Of a DNA stretch of 64,000 nucleotides, positions 1 to 12,676 are shown one piece after another. Under the pieces are notes generated by a model that worked only from the letters and a program-made list of their open reading frames with translations, made no database searches and was not told the DNA's origin. Source of the DNA: Podarcis pityusensis (lineage: Eukaryota); NCBI GenBank assembly GCA_964106645.2, contig OZ067042.1; one strand, given 5' to 3'. How positions within the stretch are numbered: the first letter of the stretch is position 1; each line of letters begins with the position of its first letter. Position numbers and translations under genes: made by a program.

Positions 1-662
1 TTTGCAAAGTGTTGTTTCTACAGCTTATTTGGAGAACCAGTTCCCTGTTTCAGAGGGTTAGTAATGCACTTTGGGGGAGGGAATGTAACTGCAACTTAAT
101 TCTTTATTACAGTGTTATTCCAGACACATAATAGATGGAATGACGGCATTTTCTGTCTGCTCTGTATCTGTCTAAGGAGAGAGTTCCTGTAAACTCATTC
201 AGTTTTTAAGCACCCTCAGAATAATTTCTTCCAAAGTTTAGAACTGTGTATTCATGAACATTCTCTGCTACATAATAGAGCTGGTCGATGACAGCTGAAG
301 TACTGTAACATAAACATTTTATTAGCTTTAAAGCTGAAATGAACCTACTGAGAGGTTCACACAAATATGAAATTGTACAAAATGCCTTCCTTCTGATGCG
401 AGATTCCTTGGGTTTTGTGAGCTTTCCTTAACCATGAAGAGATGAATTCTATCACTAGGCACCAGTGATCTCTCAGAAAGATTTGTTAAAATGTTATATT
501 TTAAAATTGTCTGGTTTCACAACATGCCTTCAAAATGCAGATTGTATATACAGCAGGTCATGGGAGTGACCCTTGAACTTGTAAATAATCCCTCACTGCA
601 CGGTTTCTGGGATGAACTAGGTCTCATGTGAGGGTGTGTCTGATTCTGTCCATCTAGCAATA

Positions 663-871
663 CAGTGGTATCTCGGGTTACATACGCTGCAGGTTACACA
701 CTCCGCTAACCCAGAAATAGTGCTTCAGGTTAAGAACTTTGCTTCAGGATAAGAACAGAAATCGGGCAGCAGGAGGCTCCATTAGCTAATGTGGTGCTTC
801 AGGTTAAGAACAGTTTCAGGTTAAGAACAAACCTCCGGAATGAATTAAGTACTTAACCCAAGGTACCACTA
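663..871. mobile_element. Tc1/mariner (Tigger/pogo-like) MITE, family A
   Basis: CAGTGGTA(C)CTC terminal inverted repeats, TA TSD. Confidence 0.85.
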
Positions 872-2681
872 TATCTGGAAGGCCACAGTTTCCCCATCTC
901 TGTCACAAGAGGTGCCTACTGAGTGTTTATGTGTTGGCTGCTATGCCTATGATCATTTCCTTTGGAGTGATTATAAAGCGTCTTGACATTTGTTCCAACT
1001 TGCTGGCAAGTGTAGCTGTAAAATACGGTATAGCTTCCCAAATCCAAACCTGAAATTGCTCTCAAATCAAAATAGTTCACACAGGGAAATGTAATAAGGA
1101 ATTCATTTGGCTTACTTAGTCTTCTATGATCACATTTTCCAGTATATTACTGGTGCTTTCTTTTCAAAAGCTCCATAAATCAAAGGGGGACGGTGGGTTG
1201 GTCGCAAGTTTATTTCTCATAGTTGCTACTTTTTTTTTGCTCAGCCTTCTCAGAGCCTAAAAGAGGACAAGGGAAAGATATGGGAAAACTGCCAATATCT
1301 GCTTTGTAACTTCCAGCCATATCTGTTAGACAGAATACCGATTTTTCTTATCATGTTTATAGGATGCTGTTGTGAACCTAATTTGTTCCTGCTGCTGAAA
1401 TATACCCACTATTAGTAGCAATCCTATCTTAAAATACTGCTTGAAAACAGAGATGCATTTTTAACTAACTAATCCCCAATAATGTTCAAGCTGGTGACAT
1501 AATAGCTTGAAACAACAGACTTTTATTGCACAAACTGGATTTTCTCTTTTGCGCTATAAAATCTAGCTTATTGAAAATGTATAATATTCCATGAGTTTGA
1601 AGGGTTTCCAAATGGCTTCATTTCCAAGTCTTTATGTCAGCAGTGGCACATTAGGGATAGCAAATTAATGATTCTGGCCTGGGCTTGTGACTCCTTGCAT
1701 CCTGAATAATAGGACACAGACATTCATTTAGACAACTTTATTTCCAAAACCATCATTCAGGGGCCTCAGGGCCCCTTCTTGCCATGTGGTTTTGACAACT
1801 TGCTTTTCAGTACAGTATTTAAAGGGAAAGTTGTTCATGCGCTTGAATGGCTGCACTTTCTCTTGTGAGCTGTTGAAATGCTTAGTTCTATTGTATCCAG
1901 TTTGAATCAAAGAGAAAGTACGGTAAATGGTGTAACATAGAGCCAATGTGGTGCAGTGGTTAGTAGGCAATTCAATTTCAAACTCCTGTTCAGCTGAGCT
2001 TCCTGAGTGGCCAAGGGTTTATCTGTCAGCCTAACCTACCACACAGGGTGGTAGTGATTAGGTTTCTGCACTGCTCTGAGCTCCCCAGTGAATTTCCCTC
2101 TATAATTCCTAGTGTTTATATGCCACTTTACAGGGCAAAAGAAAGACACAAGCTTGGCTTCCTCGACTGCTTTGAATAGGTTTAATTTGGAACACAGAAA
2201 GCTACCTTATACCAAATCAGATCATTGCTCCAAGTAGCTCAGTGCTGTCTACACTGACTGGCCGCAGCTTTCAGGAGTTTCAGGCAGGGAACTCTCAGCG
2301 CCACCTGCGGATGCCAGGGATTGAACATGGTACTTTCTGCAAAGCAGATACTGTACCACAGGGTTGCGGCTGTTCTCACAAAAGGGAAAGATGGTAGTCA
2401 CTTGTAAATAGCTACCTTGCTCATTGCCTATGGCAATAACTGCCTCCAGGTGAGAAGGGAAGAATATTTATTTGTAAATCAGAAGAAAATTAGCTCTACT
2501 TTTTATGCATGCCATATGCATGCCATGTATGAAGCTGCCGTATATTGAATTGGGCAGTCCAATGTTTCCAATATGTCATATCCTAATAAGGCAGGCTAGA
2601 AATCCATTAATTGTTGTTGTTGTTATTTCATCTGTGAAGAACTCACACCTCTCTCTCTCTCTCTTTCCCCCTTTTTTCTAG

Positions 2682-2773
2682 ATAAGATACTAATTCTAAC
2701 TGTTGCAACAAAGGAAACGGATGGCTTTCACAGATTCATGCAATCAGCAAAGCATTTCAACTACACTGTAAAG
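2682..2773 (+). CDS. PLOD2: PLOD2 exon 2 (92 nt; (D)[30 protein letters not shown])
   Basis: Polypyrimidine tract then TAG acceptor; AAG|GTATTG donor; translation matches the N-terminal glycosyltransferase domain of lysyl hydroxylases. Confidence 0.95.
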
Positions 2774-5050
2774 GTATTGTGTACCCTCCTCCTCTTTCAA
2801 AATATGGAAAATAGTTTCTCTCTGTGTGTGAATTCACACACACACACTCATAAAATAAACCACTGTAGAATGAAGTCATGGAAAATACCACTTCGGTCAT
2901 TTGCTGCATACCTTTGCCAATTCAGAATTACTCCCTACTGTAGGCTTAGTAATCTTTCACCTAGTCTAGCTCTTAATATTCCAGATGGTGGAGTTTTCTA
3001 CTTAGCTCAGGAGGCTATTCCACAGGCTTATAGATTTAAGGGCTGGCAAGGTTTTATCCACAGTCTGTGTAAATATTATCTCTTTTCCTTTCCAGTTAAC
3101 TTATGCTTATGCTTGGTAACTATTTTCATCCGAAAGCATCCCCCTTATATTCTGCATCTTCAGAATAAAATGCATCCATTTCTTGGAATTTATATCTACT
3201 CCTTATTTTTGGCCTTATCCCAACTGCTGCTTTAAAAAAGTTACTTCTGCGAGGAATGTGTGCTCCTCCACTTGGTTCTGTAGGAAAATACTGATAAGTG
3301 AAATAGGCTGTAAAGGACTTAGCACTTCAACTTTAAAGGGAATTTCCTATCAGAGAGGTCCAGAGCAATGGAGGTTAATAAAAAATATTTTGCTTAGCAG
3401 ATTCCCACGGGCCTGACTGCAAGGCATAGAGATATGACATGTACTGAGTCAGATTACTGGCTAATCTAAGTTTAGTATTGCTACACTGACCAGTAGCAGC
3501 TCTCAGGGGTTTTGGACAGGAGATTTTCTCACTCCTACTTGGAGACATTAGTGACTGAACTTTGAACTTTCTGCATGCAATGCCTGTACTCTGCCAGCGA
3601 ATGTAGGAAATTTAGGAAACTGCATTTCACTGTGTCAGTCCTATGGTCCATCTAATTCAATGCAGTCTACACTGACTGGCAACAGCTATAGGATTTTAAT
3701 CCAAGTCCAACCAGAGATTGAACCTGGGACTTATTGTACCACTGAGCTATGGCCCTGCCTCCTTTTAAAAGCCCTTTTTAAAACCATCAGTATTTGCTTG
3801 CTACTTAATATGTGACAAAGAAGCTGGGTCATGCCTGCCATCACAATCAGGCTCCGCATGCTGTTTTGTGAACAGGGCTAAGAACTTTTGTGTATGTAAG
3901 GTCTTTCCACATAATCAGGATTCAGCAACCCCCAAAAAGGTAATTTCCAGTTGTGTGGACATTTCCTATACATGCACAATTTATTTTGTGCATGGAAGGA
4001 AGAGGCTGGTGTAGGCAACACGCAGTTCTCTTAATTCAGTTCTCAGAGCCTTTATCCCTTTTCTTCAGCTAAAATAGATTAAAAAGAAATCCCGGCCAAC
4101 CAACTAAACAAATACTATTCCATCCCGAATGCACCATCTGTTCTGGCACCTCAACACTATGAAGGTGCTTTAGCTGTGATAGCATGAATGTTTATCCCAC
4201 TGTGATGGCCAGGAATGAAGCACAAGCAGTGCAGGATTCCTTTTTGCAAATGAGGCAAAACTTTACAATTACCACTGCCCAATGAAACTCCTCCAACATG
4301 CGGATTAGTGGTGTTTGTCTCCATTGTCCACAGTGTCCTAGTCCAGTTGTGATTTATCCTTGGAAATACTCTACTTATCTAGTTTAAGAATCAAAAGCTT
4401 TCACCTCTCTTTCTCAGCAAGTTGGTGCTTTGAGCGACTTATGTGGTGGAAAGTAATTGCTGGGTTACTGTTTGCTTAGGAATCGCCTCTCATATTTCTA
4501 GAGTGATGTCATAGTGCTCAGGACTGCTTGGGACATGGAAAATTTATGGGCAGTGAAATCCTGTCTTTAATATGTCTAAACTGTTGGAAGACATGGGAGG
4601 TGTGTGTTGAGCTTTGTTGTAACTTGTTTTCAGCCTAAACATGTTCACTTCAAAATAAGTTTCTTTTCTACTCATTGACGTACAGGAAATGCACTGAGAA
4701 TTAAAATGTGATAGGGAAACAGTGTTTCTTCTTTGGAAGTGAATTGAGGATTCCCCCCCTCTAATCCACTAGATAGGACAACAGTAATCATATTTAAGAA
4801 AAAGTCTGATTTAGAAAGGGTTGAGCATTTGACAGGCCCCATAAGACCTGAGAAACTGGCTGATAAAATGATAGCTGACTTTTTACTAGCCCTCCATAAT
4901 CCACTTGCAGCTTTGTCTTGTGCAGTTTATTGATTGATTGTGTTTGTACCTCACTCTTTTTCCCAAAGGAGGCCAGGGTGGCAAACAATTCAATTTGAAA
5001 TAATAACCCCTATTTAAATCCAATTAAATACCACCTTAAAACATCTAAGG

Positions 5051-5415
5051 GGGACACGGGTGGTGCTGTGGTCTAAACCACTGGGCCTCTTGGGCTTGCC
5101 CATTGGAAAGTCGGCGGTTCGAATCCCCACGACGGGGTGAGCTCCCATTGCTCAGTCCCAGTTCCTGCCAACCTAGCAGTTCAAAATCACATCAAAGTGC
5201 AAGCAGATAAATAGGTACCGCTCTGGCGGGAAGGTAAACGGTATTTCCGTGTGCTGCTCTAGTTTCACCAGAAGTGGCTTACTCATGCTGGCCGCATGAC
5301 CTGGAAAAACTGTCTGCGGACAAACGCCGGCTCCCTCGGCCAGTAAAGCAAGATGAGCACCTCAACCCCAGAGTCGTTCGCGACTGGACTTAACTGTCAG
5401 GGGTCCTTTACCTTT
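5051..5415 (+). mobile_element. Sauria SINE
   Basis: tRNA-like head with B box GGTTCGAATCC, ACCTTT tail, TSD AAAACATCTAA. Confidence 0.9.
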
Positions 5416-6116
5416 AAAAACATCTAAAACACCTAAAAACATTAAAAAGCTACCACAGACCCTCACAGTCACTAATTTTGAAGTTCCATCAGCTGTCAAA
5501 CGCCTGGGTAAACAGGAATGTCTTTATATTTCTCTGGAAAGTTGATAAGGGGGAGAAAGACATAGCTCACCAGGGAGGCATTCCACCAATGGTGAACTAC
5601 CACTAAGAAGACTCATGGGTCATGGGTCAGTGCCAAAAAGGCAGGAGACAGAAGCAACGCCACTAACAGCCTCCTTTGCTGACAGTAGGGCTTGTGGTGA
5701 TTTACTGCAACCAGTGCCTTTAGTTCCAGCAGCAGGTATTGGTCCCCCCCCCCCCCGCCAAAGTCAAATCCATTGATGGACAAACAGCCAGTTCACTGGG
5801 TGAATGCATTCTCTGGTACCTGTAACAAGCAAGTTGGAGTTATGGACTGCCCTAGTCAGTGGCTTTTGCCATTGACAGTTGTTTGTGTTTTTGCTTGGAG
5901 ATGTCTGCAGTTGTAGCAGATGTCCATCAGGAGAATACCAGGAGATACCAAGACCTACCGGCAGAGGAAGAAGCCCATCAGAGGACACATTAGCCAGTCC
6001 CCCTGGAGCTGACACTAATTTATGGGATGAAGACCAAATACTATCTCACTGCTGATCAATAACGGTCCAGGTTGTGACAGCACACTCTGCTCAAGACCCT
6101 TTATTATTTATCTTAG

Positions 6117-6253
6117 GTGCTGGGTAAAGGCGAAGAGTGGAAAGGAGGAGATATTCTAAACTCTATCGGAGGAGGTCAGAAAGTACGCCTGTTGAAGTCT
6201 GCATTGGAATCGTATGCTGATCAAGAGGATTTGGTGGTTATGTATGTTGACTG
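6117..6253 (+). CDS. PLOD2: PLOD2 exon 3 (137 nt; [12 protein letters not shown]...GGGQKVRLL...VMYVDC)
   Basis: TAG acceptor, GTAAGA donor, GGGQKVR motif, in frame with exon 2. Confidence 0.95.
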
Positions 6254-8200
6254 GTAAGATAACTTATTTATTTTGGATCCTGTACTTTGGACTGTGGAGG
6301 AAAATCAGTTTTGTTGTGACATGCTGTTGGTTAACATGCATATATTTCCCTGTGTCCTAGTTTTTAAATGGGGAAAGCTAGTGTTTCTTTCCACTTCCAG
6401 AGATTTTAGGCTGTATAAGAAGCAGGCTTTGTTTGTTTAACAGATTTACAGATGCAGAAACTGTCAGTGGGGCATGTTGTGTTCCTTGAAGGGAGGAGGG
6501 GGGAGTGGATGTTATCTAGCTTCAAGAAGCTGTGAGACACGCAGTCTAAAATAAACATTCCTGCTTTATGAGTTAGAAATTCCTGTCAGAAGTAAATGGG
6601 TAAATGACCTGCACAATTGGCAGTTAAATAAGAAAGTGTTCTTATAAAGAATGCACAGTGAGCGGTAGCAGCAAATTTATGTTAAACTTACAGCAGATTC
6701 CTTCAACCTGGTGTCCTCCAGCTCTTATGCTTGACCAGTGGCCATGCTGGCAGGGGTTTATGGGAGCTGAAGTCCAACAACATCTGGAAGACAGCATATT
6801 GGCTAATTTCTAAAATTCAGAGGTCCAGTGCTGGGATGCAAGCTTTCCTGATGTTGTAATTCTTTCTGACTTGAGAGACTTCCTCCACCAGTCTCAGATG
6901 TTTTGTGTGGAAACTGGCTGAAGTTATTCAATGATGCCCTTCATACATGCTCCTAGATCTTCTCCCCCAGCCCTATGTTTTCCAGGCCCTCCTATTGAAG
7001 AAAATTGCAGGGCTGAGCCTGGTGATCCATAATTCATATGAGGCTCAGAAGTAGAAGCTGTTATTTTGGAGCCCTAACTCTTAGGGTGCATGTTTTATAA
7101 TTAATTGGTGTCGCCTTTCAAAAATATTTTAGACATTCTTTGGTATTCTGTGTGCAATAAAGACTATCACAGTGAAGTCTATTCCCTTCATACGATGTTG
7201 GACTACAACTCCCATCAGCCCTAGCCAGTACCAACCGATAGTCATGGATGATGGGAGTGATAGTCTTAACAGCATGGGACAGCCGGCCATTTCCCGGTCT
7301 GTTCTGTTTGGTTTACTAGCATAAAGATTCAGACCCTTTGCATGTGGTCTTTGTGTTACAATGGTGAGTGTGGAAGGGAAAAGTCTGAATCCTGCCTGCT
7401 GGCTCACTTATTGAATCAGTCCTTCACATGTTGAAGATGACATTTGCACAAAAGTGTCTAAGCATATACATGTCAGCAGGTGTGGATTCTTAATGATGAA
7501 TATCCAGTGCTATTTTTCTAGAAAAAGAGGTGCCGGAACTCACCATGAACACCTCCCTCGTTCTCTTAGAATGGCAATGGCACCCACCTGAGAGATGCCA
7601 GAAATGAGTTCCTGTGAGTTCCCTCTTCAAAAAAGCCCCTTGCATAACCTTCATTTTTCAAGTGTGTGACATCGCCTCCAAAGCATGGAGGCTGGGCACC
7701 ATGAATGAGCCAACCTAGTTGGTAATGCCCTCCCCACCCTGAATATCTAGCTCTATGGGGAATAACTGTCTGGACTCGGCTTCAGTCACTTGCACATGGC
7801 CTGTAGAAGCCTTCCTTCCTATGGGAGAAATGGCAGGTCCTCTGGCTAAACTTAACACCGCAGCACAGCATTCTCTGCTTCCCACAATTAGTTAGGAGAG
7901 CAGCTTCTCCAAGACTTCAAAACAGGTTTTAAGACATCCTCAAGGCGAGAAACCCAAATAATAAGGAAGTGGAAGACTTGATGCGCAATGTAATGAGCTG
8001 CACATTTCTTCTGAATCTTTCATGCTGTTAGAGTTTCAATTTCTGTCCATAAGAATTAGATGCATATTCTTACTTTTTAAAAACCTATTCGAGTCTTGCT
8101 TATATTGTTAGGTACATTCAGGCTAAAGACCTTTTATACACCTCAAGCATTTGAATGTTGATATCTGGTGGTTTTTAGCAGCTTTCTGTTTTATTGCGCT

Positions 8201-8213
8201 CTGTGTGTGTGTT

Positions 8214-8266
<53 letters not shown>
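8201..8266. repeat. (GT)n(GA)n compound microsatellite
   Basis: Direct read. Confidence 0.95.
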
Positions 8267-8269
<3 letters not shown>

Positions 8270-9636
8270 TTGTGGCAGGAAATGTGTACTTTGTGGTGGC
8301 TGTTTACTGTGATCATTTTTAGATGTCGTATATTTTCAATATTTACTATGTATGTCACCTTGAGATCTTTGAGTATAAGGCAACACATGAATAACAACAA
8401 CAACAATAATAACAATAATTTATTTATTTTTTTATTTAATAAAATTTATATACCCCTTGATTGTAGAAAAACCTCAAATGACTTGCAGCTTCTCCCAGTA
8501 GCTCATGACACAAAAAGTATGGCCTGGTAAATTGTGTTTTGCCATGAGACAAATGTTTTCATGATAGGAAAAATACTCACTTTGGCAACTTTGGAACAGG
8601 CAGAAATTCAAAGCTATTAAACCCCATGGTTGATATAGCTATTTATGACTGATAACAAATCTGGAATTGGAATTTGTAAACATACTTTAAATATTTAAGC
8701 CCTTCCACTCTGTCATATGGCTGCTACTGTTACCACTTCAAAAGTTGTCTGAATGCCTTAATATGCTGCTACTCTGGGACACAGAAAAGCAAAGGAATAA
8801 CATGAGGTCATTCCGTCTTGTGGTGGAAAAATGTTGTCTGGGAGATCATACTCTAGGGAGCATCTGGTTCCTGTCAGTGACTGAAAGTTCCTGCTACAAC
8901 TTTGCAAAAAGGGAAAAGGCAGCTCTGAGCCAGGGACCACTTTCTCCTCTCAGAGCATCCCCTGTTTCACACTGTGCTTTAGGTCCAACTCTGGGGTTAG
9001 CCAGCTTGAATGGAAGGTTGTCTGGAGCGCAAGCCAGCCATTTTCATTTATTCATTTTATAATTTTTGTTGAGAGCTGGAGAAACTCCAAGGCACACTTT
9101 TCACATTTCTTCTGCCAAACTTTGGGGAAAAGCAAAACAGTGGGAGTCTTCATGAACCCACTGGGTAACATTATACAGCTTACTTAATAGGCTTCCTTCC
9201 CTGCAAAGTTCCTAAATACCTGCCATTCCGCTTGGAGCAAAAGACAAGCTTTTGCCTTTCCCCCTTTCCTCCTGTAAATCAGCAACTTTCTGTTCCAGCT
9301 TTCTTTTGCAGCGAGATTATTTGCCTCTACGAAAAACACAGCATGTCAGTCAACCTTACCTGTGTAATAGCTAGCTATTTTCCCATGTGTTTAAGCTTTC
9401 TGAGATCTACATGAGAGACCATTTCCCCTGTAATCATATGGGAGTGGGGGAGGTAGTTACCAGGGAAAGGACCTTTTCCTTGATTGTGCCTCTACTCTAG
9501 AACATATTCTCCAGAGAGGCTCACTTGGCACCCACCTGCCAATTTATATTCTTTCTTGTGCTTTATTTTCTGTTCTGTTTTTAAGCAAGAGATGCTATTT
9601 TCAGTATATTTTTGGAGCAACCAAAGGCAGGGTATA

Positions 9637-9950
9637 GGTAAAGGGAAAGGTACCCCTGACCATTAGGTCCAGTCGTGACCGACTCTGGGGTTGCGGCGCT
9701 CATCTCATGTGGCCAGCATGACAAAGCCGCTTCTGGTGAACCAGAGCAGCGCACAGAAATGCCGTTTACCTTCCCGCCGGAGCGGTACCTATTTATCTAC
9801 TTGCACTTTGACGTGCTTTCGAACTGCTAGGTTGGCAGTAGCAGGGACTGAGCAACGGGAGCTCACCCCATTGCGGGGATTCGAACCACTGACCTTCTGA
9901 TCGGCAAGTCCTAGGCTCTGTGATTTAACGCACAGTGCCACCCATGTCCC
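9637..9950 (-). mobile_element. Sauria SINE with an internal deletion of about 40 bp
   Basis: Reverse-complement match to the other copies; TSD AAGGCAG(G/T)GTATA. Confidence 0.9.
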
Positions 9951-11642
9951 AAGGCAGTGTATACATTACAATAAATCAATGGATCAATTATTTCTTCAGT
10001 CTCTGACTTTGATTCTGAAGTGAATAATCAATGTAGCCTTGTATACTTGATTGATGGTATGTCAGCTTCCTTGCTATAGAGACAGAAATAACACCACTTC
10101 ACTTCTGAATTATATTTATGTATGTTTATGTATGTAATTATGTATATGTATATACGTATATGTAATTATGTATATGTATATACATAAATATATATGTATG
10201 TATGTGTCCCAAATCTCAAATCAGCATTCTTTTTTCTTTTTAATTTTTCTTTTCAAATTTTCAAACAACATTTTTTTACACACACAGACACTTGTTTACA
10301 TTAAAACAATAATGCATGTCAATACATTTATGGGGTTCCCTGAACCCCTGTACTTCTTTCTACCCCTCCCATGGCTTCCAAAATTTTACTTCCTTTTTCG
10401 CTGCATCTAATTGCATTTATTTAGCTTATTACATTTCCATTTTTATCCTTTATCGTTTTAAATTACAAGTGCTATATCAATCCTCCTAACGTTTTTAAAT
10501 GTTTATAGTGATCTTTAATATATTCTATAAAGTTATTCCATTCTGTGCTGAATTTATTGTTCTCTTGGTGCCTCAAATCCACTGATTTGAGGCACCAAGA
10601 GGACAATAAATTCAGCAAAGAATGGCATAACTTTATAACACGTTATGGATCAATCCAATGTGTGCAGATGCAGCGCAAAAGTCAGTGTCCTCTGTCTTGA
10701 ACATACCTTCGCCTTCAGAGAAGGCATTGTTGTTGTTGTTTTTCTGTAAAAAATAGCTTGTTATGGTTTCCAGCAGGAATGGGTAACCTGTTGCACTCCA
10801 GATGTTGTGGACTCCAGCTCCCATCAGGCAGGAAAGCAAATACTCAAGGGCAATGGGAGTTGCAGTGCAATAACATTTTGAGGCACCAATTTAGATAAGA
10901 CTTTTCAGTACCCGGTGCTGAGTTCCTCATCCCTGATTCACAGTACAGTATTTAAAACCTAAGTGTGGAGATTGTTGCTGTTGTTGTTGTTCACCTCTAT
11001 AATCATTTCAAGGTGATATACAATAAAATAGCAGGGGAAACCATTAAAAGCTTTATCTTTCTATGTAAAAGGCTTCTGTGCATTTTCACACAGGTTTCAG
11101 TCCTCTCAGGGAAATGGAGACCGGCTACAGCAATAATTTATTCCACTACAGTAGTGAATTCTGACAGTATGGCTCTGTATAAAGGACTTCAAGTACACCA
11201 TTTCAGAAACGTGTTCCTGAGTTTGCAGATGACACCAGTATTGCAGCTGAAGGAAGGATAGATTTTCAAACTAAAATATCATGTTTCAAGTCTATGAGTG
11301 AAATCAATATTGTTTTGCTAGCTAAGCTTCCCTCTTCTCCTACCAACAAAGGATTTCTTTTTTTAAAAAAGAAATCGTAAAGGCCAGAAAATACATTGCC
11401 AAATCATAACTTCTGAGCAAGGCATTCCTTTGGCAGTGGAACTTTACCATGGCCAGTGTGGCTTTTTTATATGATCCACTACTGTCATGCTGCCAGTGGT
11501 TTTAATTCAGATTAGGTAACCCTGAAAAACTTTTCTTCACACATTGCTCTTACAGGGCTTCATTCTACAGTTCTTCTTTGACCTGATTGGAATGAATTTT
11601 TTGTTTCCCCCACCCGTCAGGAAATACCTTGCATTTACAGTA

Positions 11643-11857
11643 CAGTGGTGCCTCGGGTTACAAACACTTTGGGTTACAGACTCCGCTAACCCGGAAGTAG
11701 TACCTCAGGTTAAGAACTTTACCTCAGGATGAGAACAGAAATCATACGGTGGCAGCAGGAGGCCCCATTAGCTAAAGTGCTACCTCAGGTTTAGAACAGT
11801 TTCAGGTTAAGAATGGACCTCCAGAATGAATTAAGTTTGTAACCAGAGGTACCACTG
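11643..11857. mobile_element. Tc1/mariner MITE, family A
   Basis: Same TIRs and body, TA TSD. Confidence 0.85.
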
Positions 11858-12365
11858 TATTCCATTTCTTTATATCTTTCAACTCTTCAGAGAATGCTAA
11901 TGCTCCTTGGGACATTTTTCTAGGTCTGCTATGTTTTGCTAAGCATTTATCTACTTCAACAGTTGTAAACCTTCTGAAGGATCATATTATACATTTCCTA
12001 CAGGCCCAATTCTGCACCTGTCTATCAGATTTTTATCCCAGTTTTCTCCAAAAGCAGAAGGCTGCATGCTTGGGTACCATCACCCACTTCAAAACTACCT
12101 TGTTAGACAGGTTGGGTTAAAAATAGAGACTTGCTCAAGTTAGGCTTTGTGGTTGAGTAGCCATTCAAATGAGGGTTTCCTTGGGTCTAGTCTGACACCC
12201 CTGCCCACATCACATTGCTTTTCTTTGTTCTTTTCAGGCCACATTAGACTTTCGGGGGAGCCATGACTGTCAAAGTGGGATAATAGTCCTTTATATGTGA
12301 GGCACAGATGTTCAGACATAGGCCCCTTGTTCTGTGATCCAAGGTCCCCCCTCCTCTTTTGAACC

Positions 12366-12633
12366 TGTTATGTACTGAAGTTCTCACCCTTGGCCAGCAG
12401 GGGGATACTGTAGATAGTTTTCACTCAGGTCCACATATGCAATTAAGGGATTGAAAGTGACGTTCAGTGATTGGATAGTTACAGAAAGTGTTACAGTTGC
12501 AATGTAGTGGAGCTCTATATAAGCAGGCTGGCTGAACCCTTCAGTTCAGTTCTGTTCTGTTCTGGCCTGTGAATAAACAAGAGCTGTTTGAAGAATCGCT
12601 GTGTCATGTGATATGTTCACCCACAACTTAACA
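12366..12633 (+). mobile_element. Solo LTR (268 bp)
   Basis: TGTTA...TAACA termini, 5-bp TSD GAACC (12361-12365 / 12634-12638), TATATAA at 12516, AATAAA at 12572. Confidence 0.85.
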
Positions 12634-12676
12634 GAACCCATCACCATCTGATTCTATAGTAAGCAGATTGATATCC

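Noticed and set aside
663-871. Repeated CAGGTTAAGAAC units resembling a CRISPR array
   Set aside because: Internal subterminal repeats of a eukaryotic MITE; no regular unique spacers or cas genes
2738-3235. 165-aa ORF as an independent gene
   Set aside because: Only the first 12 codons are PLOD2 exon 2; the rest is intron read-through
9691-9900. Recurring RLPSRWSGTYLSTCT-like peptides (also 45900 and 49374)
   Set aside because: Chance translations of Sauria SINE copies
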